From positions 3,723 through 67,722 of the forward strand of contig CAKQTC010000012.1 of assembly GCA_934274515.1 (NCBI GenBank): 64,000 nt of DNA, read 5' to 3'. The translations under genes and the position numbers were made by a program. Source of the DNA: an uncultured Clostridia bacterium. GTDB taxonomy: Bacteria > Bacillota > Clostridia > Christensenellales > DTU072. Positions 9,427-18,700 of this stretch are shown here, piece by piece. The number at the start of each line of letters is the position of its first letter. Within the stretch, counting starts at the first letter, position 1. Below the pieces are notes generated by a model. It was given only the letters and a program-made list of their open reading frames with translations. It was not told the origin of the DNA and ran no database searches.

Positions 9427-10431
9427 TTGTGGTATCAAGAGTGTAAAGTTTACTCCGACGGCAGTCACTATATCGCTATTCCTCATACTACGAGGAAGGT
9501 CAAAAAAGCTACGCCCAAGCCGGAAGAACTTATAACCGTCGTGGAGAAAAAGGAGCAGACCGACGCTAAGGATACGGAACAAAAACAAGATACTACAAAA
9601 AAGCAAGAAAATATAGATAAGGAAACCAACAATACAAATTCGGCAACCCAAGAACGGCAAATGACAAGAAAAGAGCTGTTTGAAGAATTGTATGAGAAAA
9701 GTAAAAATATGCCTAAGCGTAGCCGTAGGAAATATATACTTGACGAAATGAAAAAATACTTTACGAATGCCCAATGGGCTGCCGATTACGTTGACGAAAA
9801 TATAGCAAGAAAACGTCGTAATTTAATATGCCGTCGTGTAAGATTATGCCGCAAAGTCAACCTCGCCGACTTCAACTATTTCTGCACCTTCACCTATGAC
9901 GGTAAGAAGCTGACGGAAGAAGAATTCCAAAGCAAGCTAAGAACTTGTTTTAAGATGCTATGTCATAGAAAGCATTGGAGATATGTCGGAGCGTGGGAGC
10001 GATCCCCCGAAAAACACCGCTTGCATTTTCATGGATTATTCGATATTCCCGATGGTACGTTACCGGGCGAAATAATTGAAGTAAACGACTATTCTCCGAT
10101 AAAAAAGAGAGTGCAAAAAACATACCAATGCACATATTTTAACGAGCGTTTCGGAAGGTCTGATTTTAGCAAAATCGACACTAACGCAACTCTCGGAGCG
10201 GCTGTTGCTTACCTCATAAAATACATTGAAAAGTCCGGTGAAAAAATAGTGTATAGCAAGAACCTTCCGCAGTTCTTCATAAGTGACATTAACGAAGATG
10301 ATGTCATCTGCAACATAGGACAGGAAGAAAAGAAACTACTTCTCTTTGACGATTTCACCTGTTGGGACGAAGGAGAATACGTCGGACCCGTCAGCGACGA
10401 AACGATAGCGAAACTACGCAAATCTAATTAG
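9427..10431 (+). CDS. rolling-circle replication initiator (HUH endonuclease, phiX174 gpA-type)
   Basis: Motif 1 FCTFTYD, HUH motif LHFHGLF, double-Tyr motif YLIKYIEK (compare phiX174 gpA YVAKYVNK); TTG start after caagggggtgaaataa. Confidence 0.7.
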   Translation: MWYQECKVYSDGSHYIAIPHTTRKVKKATPKPEELITVVEKKEQTDAKDTEQKQDTTKKQENIDKETNNTNSATQERQMTRKELFEELYEKSKNMPKRSRRKYILDEMKKYFTNAQWAADYVDENIARKRRNLICRRVRLCRKVNLADFNYFCTFTYDGKKLTEEEFQSKLRTCFKMLCHRKHWRYVGAWERSPEKHRLHFHGLFDIPDGTLPGEIIEVNDYSPIKKRVQKTYQCTYFNERFGRSDFSKIDTNATLGAAVAYLIKYIEKSGEKIVYSKNLPQFFISDINEDDVICNIGQEEKKLLLFDDFTCWDEGEYVGPVSDETIAKLRKSN

Positions 10432-10571
10432 AGCATATAGCGTAATATATCGGCGTTAAAAACGATGAGAATAAACTGACGAAGAAGGCGGGCTGATCCA
10501 CAAGCGGGTTAGCGTGGACAGCCGCCTCGCAGTTTTCTCGTTTTAGCGATATAGCGGTTTGCCTAATAGTA

Positions 10572-10627
10572 GCGTGTGCTTGTCGCCGGAGCGAAGCGAC
10601 GGCTCTCGTATCAAGACAAGCACACGC
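10572..10627. repeat. 13-bp perfect-stem hairpin in a GC-rich pocket between rep and the recombinase gene
   Basis: gcgtgtgcttgtc (10572-10584) and gacaagcacacgc (10615-10627) are exact reverse complements, with a 30-nt loop. Confidence 0.6.
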
Positions 10628-10692
10628 CACGGTTGCAATCAAGGGATTTTGATAAAATATCCCTACCCTGAAAACAGGATAAGGAGATTAAA

Positions 10693-11607
10693 ATGAAATA
10701 CATAGAATGGTTAAATACTTGGCTCAGCATTTATGTTAAGCCTACGGTAAAATCACAAACGTATATGCGGTATGAACATATAGCGAAAACTCACCTTGCA
10801 AGAGGGTTGGGTGAATATGAATTAGACGAGCTTTCGGCATTGCTATTACAAAAATTTGTCGTTAGCTTATCGGAAGAAAAACATTTGGCAAGCAATACGG
10901 TAAATTCCATAATTACCGTTATTCAAAAGTCACTCCAAGTGGCAGTAAATGTCGGTGTAGTAACGGCTGAATATTCAAATAAAATTCAACGCCCGAAAAC
11001 AGTAGAAAAAGCGGTGGAAAGTTTTAGCGAAAAAGAACAAAAAGAGATTGAGGCATTTGTATTGAAAAATCAGAAAAATAGTAAACTTTTCGGAATAATT
11101 TTATGCCTATACAGCGGACTGCGTATTGGAGAATTGTTGGCGTTAAAATGGGAAGATATTGATTTTTCAAGAGGAATTATGACTATTTCGAGGTCGTGTC
11201 ACGACGAATACAAGGATGGGAAATTGCTTAAAGTATATGATACTCCGAAAACGAAAACTTCCATAAGAACGATACCTATTCCCAAGCAGATAATTCCGCA
11301 CTTAAAACAAATAAAAAAGAAATCGGATAGCGAGTATGTTGTCAGCGACAAAAATGATATAGGCATAAGAAGTTATCAAAAGACGTTTGAGTGCATACTA
11401 AGGAAATTACATATTCCCCGTAAAGGCTTTCACGCTCTCCGCCACACCTTTGCCACTCGTGCGATAGAATGCGGAATGGATGTAAAAACACTGTCGGAAA
11501 TTTTGGGACATAAAAACCCCGAAATTACTCTAAAACGTTATGCACACAGTATGCTTGAACACAAGGCGGAAATGATGAATATCGTCGGAAAGAAGCTGTT
11601 TCAATAG
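10693..11607 (+). CDS. tyrosine site-specific recombinase (304 aa, no arm-binding domain)
   Basis: N-terminal SAM-like core-binding domain; catalytic signatures GLRIGELLALKWEDID, HALRHTFATRAIE, LGHKNPEITLKRYAH. Confidence 0.85.
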   Translation: MKYIEWLNTWLSIYVKPTVKSQTYMRYEHIAKTHLARGLGEYELDELSALLLQKFVVSLSEEKHLASNTVNSIITVIQKSLQVAVNVGVVTAEYSNKIQRPKTVEKAVESFSEKEQKEIEAFVLKNQKNSKLFGIILCLYSGLRIGELLALKWEDIDFSRGIMTISRSCHDEYKDGKLLKVYDTPKTKTSIRTIPIPKQIIPHLKQIKKKSDSEYVVSDKNDIGIRSYQKTFECILRKLHIPRKGFHALRHTFATRAIECGMDVKTLSEILGHKNPEITLKRYAHSMLEHKAEMMNIVGKKLFQ

Positions 11608-11617
11608 TGTTGAATTA

Positions 11618-11646
11618 TTGCAAAAAGACAAGGATTATGGTATAAT
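11618..11646 (+). promoter_or_regulatory. sigma-70-type promoter for the KilA-N gene
   Basis: TTGCAA (11618-11623), 17 nt, TATAAT (11641-11646). Confidence 0.5.
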
Positions 11647-11674
11647 ACAACTAGCATTTGTATAGGAGTTTTTT

Positions 11675-12487
11675 ATGTCAACCAAAGAGATAATAGTAAA
11701 GGGAATCGACGTTAGATACAACAAGATCAATAACGAGGATTTTATATGTCTTACCGATATTGCCAAAGCAAAGAATCCCGATCATTCCGGTATAGTTATA
11801 ACGCATTGGCTTAGAAATTACTCGACGATAGAGTATCTCGGTTTGTGGGAGACGTTACACAATCCCGATTTTAATGTAACCGAATTCGGTAACTTTAAAA
11901 ATAAGTCCGGAGAAAATTCTTTTGTGTTGACGGCACAGGATTGGATAGATAAAACAAACGCTGTCGGGCTAATATCAAAGAGCGGGCGCTACGGCGGGAC
12001 ATATGCTCATAGAGATATAGCTTTTAAGTTTGCGAGTTGGATTTCGGTAGAATTTGAATTGTATTTAATTACCGAATTTCAAAGATTGAAAGTTGAAGAA
12101 CAAAAAGAACTCGAATGGAATGCAAAACGTGAGCTCGCCAAGCTCAACTATCACATTCATACCGATGCAATTAAGGAAAATATCGTTCCGACTTTGTCCG
12201 AAGAACAGTTAAAATATGTCTATGCCAACGAAGCGGATGTTCTGAACGTGGCGCTGTTCGGAAAAACGGCGAAGGAGTGGCGTGACGAAAATCCGGACAA
12301 GAAGGGCAATATTCGTGATTATGCTTCTGTGGAGCAATTACTTGTTATCGCAAATATGGAGAGCTATAACGCTATTTTAATAGAGCAAGGCGTGCCTCAA
12401 AGCGAACGCTTAAAACAGCTTAATATTATGGCAAGGAACCAACTGAAAATTTTTCAGAATCAGGATATGAGTCGGTTCATAGATTAA
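11675..12487 (+). CDS. KilA-N domain-containing protein
   Basis: N-terminal pattern IIVKGIDVRY...DFICLTDIAKAK...WLRNYSTIEYLGLWE...GRYGGTYAHRDIAFKFASWISVEFELYLI is typical of KilA-N family proteins. Confidence 0.7.
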   Translation: MSTKEIIVKGIDVRYNKINNEDFICLTDIAKAKNPDHSGIVITHWLRNYSTIEYLGLWETLHNPDFNVTEFGNFKNKSGENSFVLTAQDWIDKTNAVGLISKSGRYGGTYAHRDIAFKFASWISVEFELYLITEFQRLKVEEQKELEWNAKRELAKLNYHIHTDAIKENIVPTLSEEQLKYVYANEADVLNVALFGKTAKEWRDENPDKKGNIRDYASVEQLLVIANMESYNAILIEQGVPQSERLKQLNIMARNQLKIFQNQDMSRFID

Positions 12488-12512
12488 AAATTGTCAAAAC
12501 GCGCAATTTTTG

Positions 12513-12540
12513 AAAAACGGTAGAATTTTCTACCGTTTTT
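12513..12540. terminator. bidirectional rho-independent terminator
   Basis: acggtaga/tctaccgt 8-bp stem with a 4-nt loop, A-run upstream and T-run downstream. Confidence 0.6.
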
Positions 12541-12583
12541 GCATTTTTTGACTGTTTTCAAACCGTTTTTTCGTGCTAAAAAA

Positions 12584-12611
12584 AGTTCATCAATTAACAT
12601 AATTTATGAAC
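12584..12611. repeat. left 28-bp inverted repeat (IR-L) of the candidate invertible promoter
   Basis: agttcatcaattaacataatttatgaac is the exact reverse complement of 12723-12750. The repeat is internally quasi-palindromic (GTTCAT...ATGAAC), like a recombinase core site. Confidence 0.9.
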
Positions 12612-12623
12612 CATTACACTTTG

Positions 12624-12652
12624 ATTGTATTTAATAATATAATGTTTGTCAA
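12624..12652 (-). promoter_or_regulatory. near-consensus sigma-70 promoter inside the IR-flanked segment, pointing away from the giant gene
   Basis: The minus strand reads TTGACA (12652-12647), a 17-nt spacer, then TACAAT (12629-12624). Confidence 0.55.
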
Positions 12653-12722
12653 CATTTTACCGATAAAAAATACAGCAATTAGTTCATTTTTCTCCAGATT
12701 TATGAACCGGCGCCTTAATTTA

Positions 12723-12750
12723 GTTCATAAATTATGTTAATTGATGAACT
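12723..12750. repeat. right 28-bp inverted repeat (IR-R)
   Basis: gttcataaattatgttaattgatgaact matches the reverse complement of IR-L at 28/28 positions; lies 40 nt upstream of the giant gene start codon. Confidence 0.9.
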
Positions 12751-12790
12751 AATAATAAACGCAAAATTCATCAATCGGGAGATGTGAAAT

Positions 12791-15700
12791 ATGAAAAAAT
12801 TCGGTAAAATTATGGTGGTTATAGGCTTGCTTTCAATGGTGATTGTTGCTATGGTAGCCTGTAACGGATTCAAGGTAGGCATTAGATTTATGGTAGACGA
12901 CGAGGTTTATCGTGAATTTAAAACAACCGGCAGCGAGGTTATCGAAATGCCCGAAAGTCCGACGAAAGAAGGATACGTTTTCCGTGGTTGGTTTTTTGAC
13001 CCCGGAATATGGCAACAGCCGTTTACGGTAAATTCGTTCCTCGATCAGCCGATAAGCGATATAATTTATATTCACGCTTATTTTATTACGCAGGAAGAAG
13101 CGGACAGCATTAAGACGGTGACGTACAACGCTATGGACGGTAGCGCGGTCGACAGCGTAGAGGTAAAAATAGGCAACAGGCTTTCCGAACCGACGACTCC
13201 GACAAAAGACGGATATATTTTCATAGGCTGGTTTACTACAGCCGATTTTGCCGAAAAGTGGAATTTCACGTCCGGCATAGTCAATTCTGATATAACGCTT
13301 TATGCAAAGTGGGTAGAGGATATCCCCGAAAACCGTACTTACACCGTCGCGTTTAACGCTAACGGCGGAAGCAGCGTCGATAATTATACCGAGATCGCCT
13401 ACAACGCGCTTATCGCAAAGCCTCTCAACCCCGAAAAGGACGGCTACGCGCTTGCAGGCTGGTACACCGACAATACCTTTGCAAAGGAATGGAATTTCGA
13501 ACTCGATAAAGTAACTGATAATATAACTTTGTACGCGAGATGGGAACAAGCCGACGTCACCGCTTGCAGTATTATCAAAAGCGAGGGCTTTAATAAAATC
13601 GAAAACGACGGCGAAATCGAATTGTATATAAAGGTTCCCAACGCACAGGAAAAATTCTCTTTCCTAAATAAAATAGAAGTAAGCCCCTTTGCCTCTTGGA
13701 AAGTAGTCAACGACTTACAAGGAAAAGACGAGGTGCCGAGCGGGACTGTGGAAATATCCGTCGGCGATAACGTAAAATACATACTTGTGACGTCCTATGA
13801 CGGAACACACAAAAAGTTTTATAAAGCGACCGTTAGACGCAGACCTATGTATCAAGTGTCCGTCAATCCGAACAACGGCGAAGATATCGACGTTATGACC
13901 TTGGAAGAGGATTCTTTAATCGACGGCGATTATTTAAGGAAAGGTTATATAATAGATAAATTTATATATATAGAAAACGAAGAAGAAAAAGAATGGAATA
14001 TAGCGGAAGACGTCGTAACGAAGAATATTTCCATTGACGTCGTTTGGAGAGCGGCAAACTATTCCGTGACTTTCGATTCCGACGGCGGTAGCAAAGTCGA
14101 AAACGCGGAGATAGACTATGACGGGGAGTTCTCTTTCGGAGTCCCCGAAAAACTCGGATACGATTTTGTCGGTTGGGCTTATAACGATATTCTCATAACC
14201 GACGGACAGGGTAAAGGTCTTGCCGTTTGGAACATAGACAAAGAAAAAATAGAACTGAAAGCCGTTTGGCAAGCGACGGTCTATTCAGTTTCTTACGGCA
14301 ATTTGAAAGGCGCAACAAATACCAATGCCGCAAGTTATACTATCGAAACGTCCGTTACTTTTGCGGATATAGCCCAAGAGGGATACACCTTTATCGAATG
14401 GCAAGACGAAAAAGGCGAAAAAATAACGGAAATATCCGAAGGAAACACGGGCAATAGAACGATAACGGCGGTATGGAATTTGATAGGATATAAAGCGACG
14501 TTCAAAGCCGACGGCGCAGTCTTGTCGGTCGTTGATTTCAACGTGGAAACGGAACAAGTAACCGAACCGACTATCCCCGAAAAAACAGGATATACGCACG
14601 CATACGAAGAATATTCTTTCGTTGCTCGCGATATTACCGTAAATGCCGTCTATACTCCCATAGTTTACACCATTACTTACGCCAACGTAAGCGGAAATTA
14701 CGATATAGACGCGCCCGTAAACGGCAACCCGACAACGTATACTATCGAAACCCCGACGATAACGCTTCAAAATGCAAGCAAATCGGGATATACTTTTGCA
14801 AATTGGACTGTCGGCAATGATGCAATAACGCAAATTCCTCTCGGCTCTTACGGAAATAAAACGATAAAAGCTAATTGGAACGCTATCGAATATAAGGTCG
14901 CTTTCGTTATGGAAAATGCCGACGGAGAGTACGAAGGACACTACGAAAGCGAAGAAAATCCTACGACTTACACAATCGAGGACGCGTTTACCTTTATAGA
15001 GCCCGTTTGCGATATCCTCGGTTATGATTTCAAAGGCTGGTACACTACGAAAAACGAAGAAGGTGTAAAAGTGGAAAAAATCGGTGCGAAAACTACCGGC
15101 AATAAAACGTTCTACGCACAGTGGCATAGGATTGACTATACCATTAATTACGTAGGCGTGGACGGCGGCTACAACGACAATCCCGATACATACAACGTCG
15201 AATCGGACACCATCACTTTGGATAATCCGACCAAAAACGGTTATACTTTTGTAGGTTGGTTCACCGACGAGAGCAAGACCGTTGCGGCGACGCCGATTGC
15301 TACGGGAAGCGTCGGCAATCTTACGTTCTTTGCTAAGTGGGATATAATAACCTATACCGTTACTTACATACTTTATGACGGCACGAACGACGCGAGCAAT
15401 CCGAGCAATTACAATATAGAGAGCAACCTTGCTCTAAAAAATCCGACGAAAGAGGGCTATAGCTTCGGCGGTTGGTTCACAAACGCAGACTTTAACGAAG
15501 AAATTAAGTCCATTGCGCCCGGAATGAGCGGCAGCCTTACCTTATACGCAAAGTGGTACTATGTCGGGACGATTACTTTCGTGACCAACGGCGGCAGCGC
15601 GATAGCTCCCGTTACGCAGGAATACGGCACGGCTATTAAAAAACCCGCCGACCCGACCAGAAATTATTACACCTTTGACGGTTGGTACGAGGACAGCGAT

Positions 15701-18700
15701 TTTGGCAAAGTCTATACTTTCGGCGCAATGCCCGATAAGGATTTCAACGTATACGCCAAGTGGACTCCCGTCGAATATACAATAAGGTACGTTCTCGGCG
15801 AGGGCGCACAAAACAGTAAAAACAACGTCGCCAAATACAACGTCGAGACGGTATTTACCTTCGAAGCGGCGGAAAAAGAAGGGTACTCCTTCAACGGCTG
15901 GTTCACCGACGACAAATTCACTACTGCGGTCGTAAGCGAAATAGTCGCAGGCACGCACGGCGATATGACTCTGTATGCCAACTTTATAATCAATAAATAT
16001 ACTATTACGTTTAATACCGACGGCGGTAGTGCGGTTACGGAAATAACCCAAGATTTCCACACCGTGGTAGATAAACCGGCTGATCCCTTTAAGACGGGAT
16101 ATGATTTTGTCGGTTGGTACTCCGACGTAAATTTGACCAAAGCGTATACCTTCGACAGAATGCCTGCAAAAGACTTCACGCTTTACGCTAAATGGAATCT
16201 CGTAAACTATAAAATAGAATACAATTTATCCGGCGGCACTAATAATAGTAGCAATCCGTCTTCGTATACCGTACTGTCGAATACCGTTACTCTCGGCGCG
16301 CCGACAAAGAAAGGCTATACTTTCGCCGGGTGGTATAAAGACGGCGGTTATACCGAAAGTTTCGTCTCCATTCCGAGCGGTAGCTACGGCACGGTAGCGG
16401 TGCATGCAAAATGGGAGATTATTACCTATACCGTTACTTATGTGGGAATAGACGGCTTGGACAATGAAAACCCGACGACGTATACCGTCGAGGACGCAGT
16501 GACTTTCGTCGAGATAGCTAAGATCGGATATACCTTTGACGGACTGTTTAAAGAAAGTGCATTTATCAATACGGTAAGCGGCATACCGCAAGGCTCCGTC
16601 GGCAACGTTACCGTGTACGCAAAATATACCGTCAACACCTATACCGTCTGGATAGACGGCAAGGAAGAAATGATATATACCGTGTCATTCAATCTCAACG
16701 GAGCAGGCGGCGATATCGCTTCGCAGGTGATAGAAGAGGGAGTAAGCCTTACCTATCCGATGGTACCGACAAGAAGCGGCTATATCTTCGGCGGTTGGTA
16801 CGAAAAAGAAGATTGTTCGGGAATGGCTTACGACTTTACGCAATTCGTTTTGAAAAATACCGTTCTTTACGCTAAATGGATAGCGACGAGCAATTCTACC
16901 GTAAATATCGGCGATACGCGCGAGGTAAACATCGACGGAACGAAATACTTTACTTACGATTTCGTGCCTCTCGTCAGCGGCAACGTGACTTTGGCTACGA
17001 CGGGCAGCGTGGATACCTTTGGTTATCTCTATGAAGAGGACGTCCTCGTGAAAACCAACGACGACGGCGCAACCGACAGCAACTTCGTAATCGTCTACAA
17101 CGTCACCGCAGGCAAAAAATATACCGTCAAATTCCGTGGCTACGGCAAGGGGAATACGGGAAGCGCGACCTTCCATATAAGCGGATACAATACGGTAAGC
17201 GAAGGCGGTACCGCTATATACGGCGGCAGTACGGCAGAGCTTACTTTCGACGCTCCGTTTACTTTGACCGTTCCTGCCGAAAGAGACGGCTATGTCTTCA
17301 GAGGCTTCGTCGACGAAAACGGTACGTTCTATACCGACGATAAAGGCAAAAGTATAAAAAATTGGGACAAGGGCGAAGACTCGGCCATGTTCTCCTATTG
17401 GGAGGTAGACGGCTTCAAAATCAATTTCGTCACCAACGGCGGAACGGCTGTCGAAACGGTTACGCTGCCCAAAGGCGCTCGCGTAAATATCAACAATTAC
17501 GTTACGACGAGAAGCAACTATTCTTTCCTCGGTTGGTTCCTCTCCGCAAGCGATAGCGATAGCTACAACGCTAGCGTAATGCCCGATAGGGATATTACGC
17601 TGTACGCAAAGTGGACGGCTTACGCGCTCAACGCCATTAAATATGACGAAACGTTAAAGGCTATCCCTGCCGAGGGCGACCTCACCGCCGATTATTTCGG
17701 CGCGACGTGCTTCGATAACGGCGGCAATCAAGTAGAGGTTACTGCCTCCGCTAGCACAAGAACCGTCGGCGCAACCGCTACCGTGAGACTTACCGCGACG
17801 AATGAAGGAAAGACAAAAACCGCTACCGTCTCTGGCGTCAAAGTCTACGGCGAGCCTACGCTTGCTTTCGATAATACGGTAAACTATGTTAATCTGAAAG
17901 ACGGTTTTCAAGCAAGTTGGTTTACAGCAAGCGGAACCGACACCTTCGACGCGGCTACCGAAATAAGGGTGAGAGTAGACGGCGAATATAAAGCCGGCGA
18001 TATAGTGACCGTAATTATAGAGTCCGTCGATATAGCCGGCAATATTAAGAGCGGAACTGTAGAAAACGTCAAGCTCTACGGCTTGCCCGTGATTACGCAC
18101 AATGAAGAGAAAAATGAAATAAGCGTAAACGATACGATAGACGCAAGCTTGTTTAACGCAACCGCTACCGACAGCTTCGGCGAAAGCTTGACGGTAACGG
18201 TAACGAAGAAGAGCGGAACAATATCAGCGGGCAATACGATTACTCTTACCTTTACCGCTACCGACGGCAAAGGCAACGTAATGACGTTCGATAAGGATGT
18301 CAAAGTGTACGGCGCGCCGACAATCTCCGACGCTGAAAAGACGGAATTTAAAGTCGAGGACGAAATAACGGTAGATACCCTCGGACTTACCGCAAATGAC
18401 ACTTTCAACGGACAGTTGGATATCACGCTTACCGTAAAGAGCGGAACGCAAACGGCAGGAGTTACGATGGTCTTTACCGCTACCGTTACCGATATAAGCG
18501 GCAACGTGACCAATAAGGATATATGGGTAAGAATCTATGGTACGCCTACCATAACGTATGATAGAAATGCCCTTAAAACAACCGAAGATCCGACGTTCTC
18601 AAGCAAAGAAGCTACTGTCTCGTTTAATCTTAACGGCGCAAGCGGAACTGCGCCCGCAAGCCAAACCGTCACCGATACGGTAGGGCTTGAATATCCGGCA

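Noticed and set aside
170-12487. Microviridae-type prophage (because of the phiX174-like Rep) or a small ICE/AICE (Rep + membrane NTPase + integrase)
   Set aside because: No candidate jelly-roll major capsid protein: the only large proteins are membrane-anchored. No FtsK/TraB-type GxxGxGKS translocase, relaxase or T4SS components were recognised. A filamentous or pleomorphic virus-like reading fits the gene set better, but remains an inference.
12614-12643. Plus-strand promoter-like string TTACAC-18 nt-TATAAT inside the invertible segment, which would make the current orientation ON
   Set aside because: Not fully rejected. It is a poorer match than the minus-strand TTGACA-17-TACAAT, and -10-like hexamers are frequent in such AT-rich DNA. 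It is kept as a caveat to the OFF-state call.
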